Positions 1 through 12,280 of a stretch of 64,000 bases of DNA are shown here, in pieces. Position 1 is the first letter of the stretch; every line of letters starts with the position of its first letter. This DNA is from Ginglymostoma cirratum. Its lineage: Eukaryota. Location: positions 20,003,462 through 20,067,461 of the forward strand of contig JAHRHZ010000078.1 of assembly GCA_024137785.1 (NCBI GenBank), read 5' to 3'. Under the pieces are notes generated by a model that ran no database searches, had not been told where the DNA came from, and worked only from the letters and a program-made list of their open reading frames with translations. The position numbers and the translations under genes are program-made.

Positions 1-124
1 AAACAGCCTCATTTCTGACCTTATGATGGAGGGAAGTTCATTGATGAAGCAGCTGAAGATGGGTGGGCCTAGGACTCTACCCTGAGGAACTCCTGCAGAG
101 ATGTCGTGGAGCTGAGGTAGCGTC

Positions 125-455
125 ATACAGCATTAAAATAGACCCTCTAGTCCAACTCATCCAGGCCGATCAGACATCCCAATCTGACCTAATCCCATTT
201 GCAAGCATTTGCCCATATCCCTCTAAATCCTTCCTATTCCTGTACCCATCCAGATGCCTTTTAAATGTTGTAATTGTACCAGCCACAATTACTTCTTTTG
301 GTAGTTTGTTCCATATATTCGGCACCTTCTGCTTGAAAATGTTGCCCCTCAGGTCCTTTCTAAATCTTTCCCCAGTAACCATAAACCTATGCCCTCTAGT
401 TTTGGACTCTTCCACCCCAAGAAACAGACCTTGGCTATTCACCCTATCCATGCCC
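125..455 (-). mobile_element. CR1 LINE 3' end
   Basis: ORF 170..517 contains the CR1 ORF2 C-terminus (KTRGHRFMVTGERFRKDLRGNIF...WNKLPKEV...FKRHLDGY) followed by a CR1-type 3' UTR. Confidence 0.85.
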
Positions 456-515
456 CTTTCCTTCACTTTGCTGACAATTAAGAGTAGACTGATAGGCCAG
501 TAATTGGCTGGGTTC

Positions 516-825
516 ATAGAATCCCTACAGTGCAGAAAGAGGTCATATGGCCCATCAAGCTCTATAGTGACCGTCCAAAGGGCATTCCATCCAGACCCAT
601 CCTATCCCTGTAACCTTGCATTCCCCATGGCTGATCGACCCAGCCTGCACATCTTTGGACTGTGGGAGAAAACCGGAGCACCAGAGGAAACCCACACAGA
701 CACGGGGAGAATGTGCAAACTGCACACAGACAGTCGCCTGAGGGTGGAACTGAACCTGGATCCAAACCTGGGTCCCTGGCACTGTGAGGCAGCAATGCTA
801 ACCACTGAGCCACTGTACCACCCGC
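516..825 (-). mobile_element. tRNA-derived V-domain SINE (HE1-like)
   Basis: Minus strand: GGTACAGTGGCTCAGTGGTTAGCATTGCTGCCTCACAG head with A/B boxes, V-core TTTGCACATTCTCCCCGTGTCTG...GGTTTTCTCCCACAGTCCAAAGATGTGC, CR1-like tail. Confidence 0.85.
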
Positions 826-1611
826 ATTGGATTTGTCCTTCTTTTTGTGTACAGGACATACCCGGGCAATTTTCAAGTACTAAATAGAATGAATCCAATT
901 GGTTTAAGACTGTCATCTGTGATGATGGGTACCTCTGGAGGAAGCAAAAATGTTTCATCCACTCGACACTTCTGGCCGAAGATGGATTAAAAAAAAGACT
1001 TCATTTCACAGCATGTTCAGCCAGCAAGTAATAGCCCTGTTTGAAGTCAATGGAACTTTGTCTCTCCAAGGATTTTGCAGCCATCACCCTTACTGATGTT
1101 GTCATGGACAGATGCATCTTTAGCAAGTAGACCGGTGAGGTCAAGGTCAATTCGGTCTTCCCCTCATCACCTGCCGCAGACCCAGTCAAACTGCTGTATT
1201 CTTTAGGGCTGGACCAGCTCAGGCAGCAGTGACATTACTAACGACTCTTGGTAGTGGACATTGAAGTCCCCCACCTCAGGGAACATTGAGCATTTGCCAC
1301 ATTCAGGGCTACAAGTGTAATCCAACATGGAATAGGTTTATGGAATATCGCGTTTATGAGCAGGAACTTTCCTTGCTCCTGTTTGACTTTGTGCCATGAG
1401 ACTCCATGGGGTCATGAGTCAATTTTGAGGGCTCCCTGGGCAACTCCTTGCAGACGCTATAACACTGCTGGCAGGACAGCACATACCCAGGGATGGTTAT
1501 TGTGCCATCTGAGACATTGCAAGGTATGATCTGGAGTCTCTGGGACAGTTCTCCCAACCTTTCACTAACCTGCAGGTGTGGGTAACAATGACTTTTGAAC
1601 AGACATCCAAA

Positions 1612-1710
1612 TAGGAGTCATTCTGGATTTGAAACATTTACTGCTTTTCCCCTCTGCATAGGCTGCCAGACCCACTGAGTTTCATCAGAACCTTCTGCTT
1701 TTATTTCAGC
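1612..1710 (+). mobile_element. Old degenerate PLE pseudo-LTR fragment
   Basis: GGAGTCATTCTGGATTTGAAACATT...GCTGCCAGACCCACTGAGTTTCATCAG resembles the 46322 and 57398 copies. Confidence 0.5.
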
Positions 1711-2304
1711 AGTTGTGTTTGTCATTGTCATTTCCAGTGTCTAGGTCGATGCAGATGGTTCATTCTGTTTCATTCCTTTCTCTGGACTTCGTAGCAGTTT
1801 GATACAACTTAGTGGCCCATTGGCCTCCAACTCTGATCCAACACTGCATTGGAAGACTCCCTGAACAGCTACACTCCATGTCTGTTAATAGGCTTGATTT
1901 AGCAGTCCAGATGACAAATACAGAGCTCTCAGGACAAACAAGAGAAACAGAGTGGAGTGGCAATTCAACTGTGATTACTGCTCTCCGAACTTTCGGCCTT
2001 TGATTCTGATTGGTCATGCAGGATTGAGTTAATCAAATCATCCTACAGAGCAGCAAAGTCATCTCATTGCGATGCTCTCTCAAACTTCCAAATCTTCTGG
2101 TCCAAATGAAATTAACACAATTGTATCAAAGATTTCACTTCTCATTCCTGCAGACCTCAGCTGGTTCTAATGATGTTGCATGAAACAACTGTCCTGAACT
2201 CGTTGGGGCCGGTGTGGATAATAAGGCAAGAAATGGAAATACTACATTCCCCAGGCTGTATAAATAAAAACTCTGGTTCAAATTTTCAGTCTTCAGGTCG
2301 TCAG

Positions 2305-3225
2305 AGTCATAGAGTCGCAGACATTGAGATATACAGTACACAAACAGACCCTTGGGTCCAACTCATCCATGCTGACCAGATATCCTATGTAAACCTAGTC
2401 TCATTTGCCAGCATTTGGCCCATATCCCTCCAAACTTTTCTTATTCATGTACCCATCCAGATACCTTTTAAATGTTGTAATTGTACCAGCTGCCACTACT
2501 TCCTCCGGCAGCAATTTCCAAATAAGCACCACCCTCTGCGAGAATAAAAAACTGTCCCTTAGGTCCCTATTATATCATCTTTCCCCTCTCACCTTAAAGC
2601 TATGCCCTCTAGTTTTGGACTCTCCCACTCCAGGGGAAAGACCTTGGCTATTCACCCTTTCCATGTCCCTCATGATTTTATAAACCTCTATAAGATCGCT
2701 CATCAGCCTCCGCTGCTCCAGGGAAAACAGCCCCAGCCTATTCAGCCTCTCCCTATAGTTCAAACCCTCCAACCCAGGCAACATCCATGTCAATCTTTTC
2801 CGAAGCCTTTCTAGTTTCACAACATCCTTCACATAACAGGGAGACCAGAATTGCATGCAACTGTATTACAACAGTGGCCAAACCAATGTCCTGTCCAGCT
2901 GCAACATGATCTCCCAACTCATACTCAATGCACTGACCAATAAAGGCAAGCATACTAAATGCCTTCTTCACTACCCTATTTCCCTGCGACTCCACTTTCA
3001 AGGAATTATGAACCTCCACTCCAGGGTCTCTTTGCTCAGCAACACTCCCCAGGACCTTACCATTAAGCGTATAAGTCCTGCCCTGATTTGCCCTCCCAAA
3101 ATGCAGCACCTCACATCTGTCAAAATTAAACTCCATCTGCCTCTCCTCAGCCCACTGGACTATCTGACTAGGATCCTGTTATACTTTGAGGTAACCTCCT
3201 TTGCTGTCCAGTACACCACCTATGT
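2305..3225 (-). mobile_element. 5'-truncated CR1 LINE (RT C-terminal part and 3' UTR)
   Basis: ORFs 2753..3136 (MEFNFDRCEVLHFGRANQGRTYTLNGKVL) and 2575..2856 (QFWSP...LERLRKRLTWMLPGLEGLNYRERLNRLGLFSLE); frameshifted. Confidence 0.9.
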
Positions 3226-5875
3226 TCATCAGAGAAAGGAGATGCAACAAAAACTGCATCTCAGGGTTTTACACAAATCCTGGTGTGCAGATCTTCTGGT
3301 GTATTTCACAGTAAGTTGAAACTTATGATTGGCATTCCCTTGCTACTCCAGGGTCTCATGACTAGCTCCCCCTGACCCAGTCACTGCCCTGGCACCTGAC
3401 TATCTCCACACAGCTAACCATCTGACTAACCTCTGATCAGTCTATCCTCTGGTTACCTGACTAGGTCCTTAATTAGTCATGACTACTCCCTTGACTGACG
3501 AGCTCTCCCAACCAACTGCACTCCAAAGCCCACCATGCCTTTTTTGAATTCAAACAAAAGCTTACGGATTAACTGCTCTCCTTGGCAACACCTCCAGAAG
3601 ACTCCAATTGCCATCCAATCAGCAGCCTGTTCTCATGACATTTACGTTGTGCTCCCTTTGAGATTTGGTATTTTTGCATCTGCCCTGAAGAGAGCAAGAT
3701 GAAAAGCTTCAAGAGCACTTTGCTCAGCAATGCTTAGTACTACTGAACATGAGCAAGATTTGAAAAAGTTAATTCTTCGTATCAAAGGGATTGTTTGGCA
3801 GTAATTAGCACAATTCACTAAGGGTTTTTAGAAGGATATGGATCAGACCAAACTTCCTTTTGTGAGCTTAGTTTGTGCCTGAAACACAAACACAACTACA
3901 GAACATTCAACCATAAGCGGTGCTATGTTTGTGAAGACATCAGTTTCAACATCTGCCTCTCAGATAAAGAAAATGAATCATTTGTGCACGAGAACCCTAT
4001 GAGCTGTTAAGATGATTCCAATGGCAAATTAGGGCATTACATCCACGTAAAAATCTTTAGCTCGATCATATTGAAAGGATTACTTTCATATAATTCGAAA
4101 TAAATGTCAGAATCTAATTGGAAATGAAACATGCTTTCTGAACACAGACAGATTGATTTCCAAAGGAACTAAGCATTCAATTATTGAATTTGTCACTGAA
4201 TTGAAGTAATACTTTGTCCACTGCAAGCATAGTTTTCTGAGACAGATTTTGCAACTTGGCACAAGGACCCTCAGATCACTTGGGTACAATGAAGGCAGAG
4301 AAAGCAACAGGAGGAGAAACGTTGCAGGTGGATTGTACATCCTTCAATTTCAATTAGTAGCCTTCGTTGGAACAGATCCCTCTCTACCTCAGAATATAAA
4401 ACAATGCGAAGACTCTTCCGGGTTCTCTAATTCATGGTCCATTTTCTCTCTTTCCACATCATGACACAAGGAGCACTTGCTGATGAAATTACTCCTGTAC
4501 CTTGAAGTTTAACCTTAGTCAGTCTGATAACCAGAGACATGTTACTAAAGTTCTAAAGGAACGCAAAGTGAACGGAAAGATCCTTCACATGCAGACAGGG
4601 TTTCAACCTCACCCACAAAGCAACTCAAGGAGAAAGAGAGGAAAGTCAAGATTTTTTCACAATGGGCTTTTTAAAATTATAGCTCACAGGAAACTCCTCA
4701 AATATGTGAAATCCTTCAGGCATTGATTAAACAACAACTTCCATTTATATGTAATATTAAAACACCCTATGGCACATGGCAGAACTGTAATCAGACACCA
4801 TCATTAACTTAATACAAAGTCTCATTTTCAATATCCATTTTGTTCCAATAACTGTATTAAAGCATAAAGCAAGTTTAATGTTTCTGTCTCACAAATCCAC
4901 TATTTCTTTTCACAGCAAACCTTCTATTCTGCTGGAGGATTTAATTATCCTAGCTTTCTGAAAGAATGCTTAAGAGTGAGCACCAGTCAGCCAAAACAAA
5001 GCCAGCACATCTATTAAGTGATAGAGTACTATTGCCTCATTTCTTCCTCCTTTTTAAAAGCTGCTCCTAAAAATAATGTTGATCTACAGGTTTCCACATT
5101 ACCTCTGATTTGGCAACAAGATTAGCAGGAACAATTATGGGGATAAACTACTTTTAAAACTTGGGCTAGAAGGGATTGTGTCACATTTTCAAATTCTTGT
5201 AAACACACAATGTCCTGAAGTAAAAGAATGAAATGGGTATTGTAAGCAATACACTGTGATCTCCTGGGCTGGAGCAGGTAGAGATCATTGGGAAATTACT
5301 TTGTTTACTGCTGTGTTCCTGATTGCTTGGTACAGTAAAGTGTCTTCTTCACATCCTCAATAAACTCAAAGAAGATATTTCACCTCCTTACTTCGTTCTG
5401 CTGACTGAGGAATTGTCTTTGCTACTTGCATTAACAATTTAGCTGATATTCACTGAAGCACAGTTTCCTGGTCCCTTTTTCTCAACAATCTGAACAGACA
5501 TTATTCCTCAGCAAGTGGCTGCTAATCTGAATTGGCACTAAAAAAAAGAAGCAATGTTCAAAGCACCAGCCCAACCTATTGAACAAAATCGCAGTGACTC
5601 TAAGGCGTGTCTGGAAACATCCTCAATTAGCTACACCAGTAACATCATGAATGGACAGAGTAGCAGAACAGCTCCATAATGAAACAGCAAGAGCCGTAAT
5701 TTCAAACCAAACTAAACACCAATACTGAGACACAAGATCCTGGGAAACCTCCATAACTGGCTAGAGTTGTCTCCATTATACACAGATTCCCAGGGTTTGT
5801 AGCTCCAGATAGTATTTCAGACTTTTATGTATTAAGGGTATTAGACTCCAAACAGTGACAGCAATGGAATAGCTT

Positions 5876-6035
5876 GGAACATAGAACAGAACAGCACAGG
5901 ATCTGGCCCTTTGACCCATGATGTGCTGAACATGATGCCAATGAAACTAATCCCTTCTGCCTGCCCATGGTCCATATCCCTCCATTCCTTGCATATTCAT
6001 GTGCTTATCTAAAAGTCCCTTAAATACCCTAATCA
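5876..6035 (-). mobile_element. CR1 3' UTR fragment
   Basis: GAACATAGAACAGAACAGCACAGG...GGCCCTTTGACCCATGATG...CCATATCCCTCCATTCC is a typical inverted CR1 tail. Confidence 0.7.
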
Positions 6036-6217
6036 TATCTTTGGAGAGCTTAGCAGAGAGAGAAAATGCCATGTCACTTTCCAAACTCCCAGTTACCAGC
6101 TACTCATTGTGTATTGTGGGAGTACGACATAGAAACCTTCAAATGATTCTTTGCACTTTTCCTGTGGGGCTGAAGTTAAATGTAGTGCTATCTTTAAACA
6201 GTATTCATCATAGATAC

Positions 6218-6318
6218 CTGTATTGTGCTTGAAAAAGTTCTTGAACAAAACTCTGAATTCCAACCTGCTGAGAGTTTTGCTGGCTTCCTGCACAAGTTTC
6301 ACCCCCGACATTGGAAGG
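6218..6318 (-). CDS. USP43/USP31: Internal coding exon (101 nt) of a USP31/USP43-family ubiquitin carboxyl-terminal hydrolase
   Basis: Minus strand reads ttcttttttccAG|CCT TCC AAT...CAA GCA CAA TAC AG|GTatct, giving PSNVGGETCAGSQQNSQQVGIQSFVQELFQAQY(R). FVQxxFQAQYR is the USP31/USP43 motif just before SSLTCPHC, and the phase-0 start with a phase-2 end inside Arg matches the exon structure I recall for these genes. The paralog cannot be resolved from this exon alone. Confidence 0.88.
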
Positions 6319-7983
6319 CTGGAAAAAAGAATGAACATTGTCAATGACAAATGTTGAAGATATATTCACATTAAAAGATCATTGAGGGATTCCACTCCTT
6401 CGGAGAATATCCAACATTGTTCTTTGCCTTACAAAACAAAGGACTTTCTGATATGGCTTGAATTAAACAGCAGTTGAAATGCCTCTAATTGTGATCACAC
6501 ATTCACCAGCAGAACATATTTCCCCCTGGAATCAAACAGTTGAGCCGCTTTTGCACTTGGTCAACAGGCTCTTCAAATAGTTTGTTGTAAATTTTACAGT
6601 GAGTGTGGTTAGGATCTTGAGTGCACTTTGAGACGGAGTCACACTTCCAGAAGGGAACTGTGAATACTCACCTGAAAATAAAAACATCTGCACAATTACA
6701 GATAGGTTAGACAAGGTGCTCTGGCCAACCCATCGCAAACATGATGGGCTGAATGGCTTCCTTCTATTTTGAAACCATTTGTTATTCCAAAAGTACAAGA
6801 TTCTCCTGGACCTTATTTTCCTGGTGGCATTAGACTGACCAGAGATATTTCATCAACCCCAACATCTCATTATGAATAGTTGGAAGGAGAGTGGGGACTG
6901 AGGAGTTTAAACATTAGGACTGGAAGTTCAAGGAATAAAAGAACAAAAAGAAAGGCAGGTGAAGAGAAAGTAAATCAACTGCGCAAAGGGTCATACTCTG
7001 GCTTCAGCAAAGAGATTCCCCAGGGTCAGTCCTCATTGCAAAGTCATGATGAGGTCTACAAAAGGAGCTGTTCACTGCAAGAGAAAAAAATACTTACAAT
7101 ATTAAAGGGATGCTGCTACTTAATACGAAAAGTAGCCTTCTCAAAGTGTGATACAAACGGCTGCCAAAACCTAGTTATAAAACTAATTGTTGATGCAGAA
7201 ACATTGACATAGAAGACAAGGAATGATTCACCATCCAGATGGATGGTGTCAGCAGTGACCCATTGTAAAATGCTTCTTGAAGTGGCTCCCCAGGCAACAT
7301 GCCCATGCCAACCTTCCAGAGAATAGTGCATGTAGCAAGAAAAAGGCTTACAGCACAATTGGCACCAAGCATGCCTAAAGCACATGGCTCAAATCTGAAA
7401 TGGTTGCTGTTGATATTTGGCTGGAGCAGGTTAATTGCCACAGCTGACAAGATCGGGGTGGATTAAGGCACTCTAATGGGTGAATATTTTCACACCACAT
7501 CAAATCAACCATCCAACATTCTTCTTTCAAAACCAATGTTCATTCCTAGTTTGAGATTAGCTTGCAAATCAAAGAAACTTACAACTCACTGAGTTTTATG
7601 AATATGTATATCATAATTCATCTTTAAACTTCTTTCTGATTTGCAATCTTGAAAGAATTTGAAATACTATCAATTTTCAGTGAATTCATGGGCAATATTC
7701 AGCTTCTATTGGTCTCACATAAGTATAGATTTACAGAGAATGAAAAATAAATCTTCAATAAATGGCAATATCTCAGAAACCTCTAACTTGCATTTATATA
7801 ACAACTCGTCACTGCCTGAAGGTGTCCCAAAGCATTTTATGCTCAATGATTTTTCTTTTGAAGTCCAGATACCATTATGAAATAAAAGAGCTACATCAAA
7901 AATATATATTAAAAATAAAATAATTTTTAAAAGGCCCTGGGAGCCTTAAAGAGCCTCATGATTAACGGAGCTTCCAACATGCC

Positions 7984-8215
7984 TGAAGTAACTCCAGAGG
8001 CTGGTAGCCCATCGCCAAGTCACCCTTTTTAAAATGTGCATAGTACTTAACACTGGTCTGGCTTCTTCAGAGCCAGCGCTCAGAGTGGGCAGGATGTCAG
8101 ACACTGTAGCATGTATCTGTCAGCCAGGGCTTCCAGGTTGGGCCTGTTAACCTGGTCCAATCAGGGAACTCATATTCCATGAGATACCCTGGCTAACCCT
8201 GTTACAATCAGTACA
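7984..8215. mobile_element. Solo LTR (232 bp, probably Gypsy-type)
   Basis: TG...CA termini (TGAAGT...AGTACA) with a perfect 5-bp target-site duplication ATGCC at 7979-7983 and 8216-8220. Confidence 0.7.
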
Positions 8216-8733
8216 ATGCCTAGACCCATTTCTAATGCACAAAGGAGCAGTGAGCCCAATTCTGGCCTAGGCAGGAAAATCAGACACTCTTTCTTTTCAG
8301 TGTAATATACAAATGAAGTGGCAACTTATTTTTGGTAAGATTTAAGTGTTGAAATAAATGGTTACCTCAAAGCCATACAATGCAAGAATTGGGGCAGATA
8401 CACCAGTGCCGTTCCTGCACCTCCTCTTATTCTCTAGCATTGATGGTATTCCCTTTGATAAACATCCAAATGAATTAATGAAAAGGTCATGTGTTTGATG
8501 TGTATATCAACTTTGAAGAAGCATTTGACATTTTTTTTTAGCAAATGCATATCCACAGAGCCGAGCGATCAGCTAATTGTCTGAGTTTAAGGTGATCAGT
8601 CCACCACTAAGACTAAAGAACAGACATTACTCAGCCATGCGCCATATTGTGTGGATCTCACTACAAGCACCACTCATGGGTTCAACCAGTTTGTGGGTTT
8701 CATTAGGCTTTCTTGACAAAGTACTATATAATG

Positions 8734-9090
8734 AGGGAGCACAGCGGCTCAATGGTTAACACCGCTGCCCCACAGTGCCAGGAACCCAGGTTCGACTGCA
8801 TGCTCGGGCAGCTGTCTGTGTGGAGTTGCACATTCTCCCCGTGTCCACATGGGTTTCCTCCAGGTGCTCCGGTTTCATCCCACAGTCCAAAGATGTGCCG
8901 GTTAGGTGTACTGGCCATGGGAAATTGCCCTGTAGAGTCCAGGGATATGTAGGCTAGGTGGGTTAGCCATGGAAAATACAGGGTTACAGGGATAGAGTAG
9001 GGGATTGGCCTGTGTGGTATGCCGTTTAGAGGGTCGGTGTGGACTTGATGGGCCAAATGGCCTGCTTCCACTCTATAAGGTTTCGGATTC
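8734..9090 (+). mobile_element. tRNA-derived V-domain SINE (HE1-like), full length
   Basis: GGGAGCACAGCGGCTCAATGGTTAACACCGCTGCCCCACAG head, GGTTCGA B-box, V-core, and CR1-like tail GGACTTGATGGGCCAAATGGCCTGCTTCC. Confidence 0.85.
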
Positions 9091-9129
9091 TAATAGACTT
9101 GTCAGCTAATTTAAAGCCATTGATTAAAC

Positions 9130-12100
9130 AGTTATGATCAAGATATAAACTTGGCTAAGGGACAGTAAACAATGAACACTGGTGGAAAACTACTTTTTTG
9201 CCTCAAGAGGGGCAATAGTGATGTTCACCAAGAGTCAGCATTAAGATTACTATTCTGCTTGATAGATATAAAAGAACTCCGCTTGTGTGAACAGGGCATA
9301 TTTGCAAAGCTTACAGATGATACAAATCCTGGAGATGCCAGAAATAATGGCGAGAATAATAACAGACTGATGACTGATTTTAGGAGGACGTAGGCAGGTG
9401 AAATGGGTGAAATGTTAGTGAAAATTTAATACAGAAAGGTGACCAGAGTCACATTGTGGTAAAAAGAAAAAGGAGAGCCAACGTGAACTAAATGATACAA
9501 TTTTAAAAAGGAGTACAGGAACAGGGAAACATTAGTGTATGCTGACACATTTGACTATGAGACTCAAGAGCAAAAATGGGCCATTCAGCCTATGGATTAT
9601 GCTTCACTCATGGCTGATCCGACAGTCTTCAATTCCACTTTTCTGCCATTGCCCATAATCCCTTCTTGATTAAAAATCTGTCCATCTCAGCCTTGAATAT
9701 ATTTAATGACCCAGTCCCAACTACCCTCAGCGTAAAAGTTTTCTCCTTGTCGAAGTGGCCTCCTACTCAGATTATGCCCTCTGGTTCTAGACTCTCCTAT
9801 TAGGGCAATAGCCTCTCAGCATCTACCTTGTCAAGCTTCCATTAAGAACCTTATGTTTCAACAAGGTTTCCTCACGTTTTTCTAAACTCCAATGAGACCA
9901 AGCCCAGCCTACACCACCTCTCTTCGTAAAATAATCCCTCCAAACTAGATATTCAATCTAGTCAAAATTCTCTAGTTGCCTCCAATGCCAGTATATCTTT
10001 CCTTAGGTAAGGGGCCCACATCAGTTCACAACATTCCAGGTGCGGTCTGACAAGTGCCTCGCATAATTCTAAACAAGATCTCTTTCACACTCTATTCCCT
10101 TTGAAATAAAGGCATTAACCTTTAACTGTTGAATTTGACAATAAGCTTTTTGTGATTCACACATTAGAACCCTCAAATCCCTCTGTGCTGAAACATAATG
10201 CAGTCTTTGCCTAATTAAATAATATTCAGGTCACTTTTTTCCCCATTCACGGGATGAGGACATCACTGGTTAGGCCAGCACTATTGCCCATCCCTAACTG
10301 CCCAGAGAGCAGTTAACAGTCAACCACATTGCTGTGGGTCTGGAATCACATGTAGGCCAGACCAGGTAAGGATGGCAGAGTTCCTTCCCTAAAGGACATT
10401 AGTGAAACAGATGGATTTATTTTGCAACAATTGACAAAGGATTCACAGTCATCATTAGACTCTTAATTTCAGATTTTTTTATTATTGAATTCAAACTTCA
10501 CCATCTATCATTGCGGGATTTGAACCTGGGTCCAGAATATTACCTGGGTCTCTGCATTAACAGTCCAGATAATACCACTGAGTCATCGCCTCCCCTTTCT
10601 ATTCTGCCTGCCAAGTGCAGAAACTTGAATTTCCCCACATCTTACTCCATCTGCCAAGTTTTTGCTCATTCATTTAACCTGCCTATATTCTTTCTACGGG
10701 CTATTTGCATTATCCTCACTAGTTGCCTTTCCACCTATTTTTTGCATCATCCACAAACTTGGTGATAGAACATTTACTTTCTTCATCCAACTCATTATTA
10801 TATACTATAAGCAACTGTGGCCCCAGCAATGATTCCTATGACAGTCTACGAGATACAGCTTACCATCTTGAAAATGCCTCTTTATCCAAAGTCTGCCTTT
10901 CATTCGTCAGCTAGTTTTCTATCCATACGCATGTACTTCCTCCAACACCATGGGTTCTGGTTAAGTAGCTTAGTGTGTGGCAAATCAAAGACAGGCGTAA
11001 ATCCAAATATAGGTACATCCACTGCTTCCCTATTATCTATCCAGCTTGTTACCTCCTCAAAAGAATTCTAATAAATTTATCAGGCATAACTTTTCCTTCA
11101 TGAAGCCATGCCGACTCTGTATGATCAAATTATGTATTTCTAAATGTTCTACTATTCCATCCTTTGCAATAGATTTTAACATTTTCCCAATAACAAATGT
11201 TAAGCAAACGCAATTTTGACATGGTCTTCAAGTACAAACAGGAGCAGTAGGTGGCGGAGAAGGCAAATCACAGAAAAAGGATTCAAATATAGGAGCAGGG
11301 ATGTCTTGCTGCAATTGTACATAGACTTGTTGACACCACACCTGAAGCATTGTGTGCAGTTTCAGACTCCCTATCTGGGGAAGGGTGCTCTGGCTATGGA
11401 GGGAACATAACCAAGGTTTAGCAGACTGATTCCTAGCATGACAGGATAGACGTATGAAGTGAAACTGGATTAGTTAGAATAACATTTAATAGCATTTAGG
11501 AGAATGAGGTGGAAGAAATCTCAGGAATGTTCCAATAGGATTAGACAGGGTAAGTCCAGGAAGAATGTTCATGATGACTGGGGAGTCCAGAACCAGGGGT
11601 CACAGTCAATAGGATATGTGTTTAGGCCATTTAGGAGAGAGAGGAGGAGAAATTTCTTCACCCAGAGACTGGGCAGCCTGGAATTCTCTGTTGCAGCAAG
11701 AGGGTGAGGCCAAAACATTGAATGTTCTCAAGAAAGAGTTAGACAAGAGTTTTGAGAGCTAAAGTGATCAAAGGGTATGGAGAAAAAGCTGGTATAGAGT
11801 GCTGAGTTGGATGATTAGCCACTATCTACTGAATGGCAGAGTCGGACTAGAAGAACCGAATGGCCCCCTCCTATTCCTATTCTGTAAATTACTATGAATT
11901 AGACTGGAGAAGCTGACATTGTTCTCCTTAGAGCAGAAACGATGATTAGGACCAATTTTAGTGGAGGTATTCAAGATCATGAATGATTTTGACCAAGTAA
12001 ATAACGAGGAACTGTTGCTGATAACAGAATATCGGTGATTGGCAAAAGATGCAGCGGAAACAACTTTATTTGAACAGTTGTTGTTGTGATCTGGAGTTCA

Positions 12101-12280
12101 CTAATGTGGGGATGGGAGAAGCAGATTAATTAGTCACATTCAAAAGAAAACTGGACAAGTATTGGAAGAGGGGAAAAAAGCAATAAACGAGCCAGGGAGT
12201 AGGGCTAATTAGGTGGCTCTTCCAAAGAGCTGGTTCAGGCCAAATGCTCTCCTCCTGTGCTGCATGATTCTATGACAATT
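9130..12280. mobile_element. Cluster of old CR1 fragments (about 9130-9550 +, 9560-11205 -, 11230-11900 +, 11900-12280 +)
   Basis: Degenerate RT motifs (FAKLTDDT, KYRSRDVLLQLY...PHLKHCVQF, RRNFFTQR) and CR1 3' UTR ends. Confidence 0.75.
10235..10595 (-). mobile_element. tRNA-derived SINE, second family, inserted in CR1
   Basis: Reverse complement of the 24514-24847 element; shares CCTTTAGGGAAxGAAxCTGxCATCCxTACCTGGTCTGGCCTACATGTGA and GGGATGGGCAATA. Confidence 0.8.

Larger units (their letters stand above)
1..1560 (-). mobile_element. Decayed LINE (CR1/L2-like) fragments, interrupted by a younger CR1 3' end and a SINE
   Basis: Minus-strand peptides such as ARVCPVHKKKDKS and NPANYWPISLLLIVSKV (pre-RT region) and endonuclease-like remnants at about 1200-1550; many stops. 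Confidence 0.65.

Noticed and set aside
3360-3510. Recurring CTGACTA-like motifs
   Set aside because: Too irregular to define a tandem unit; probably a decayed repeat UTR.
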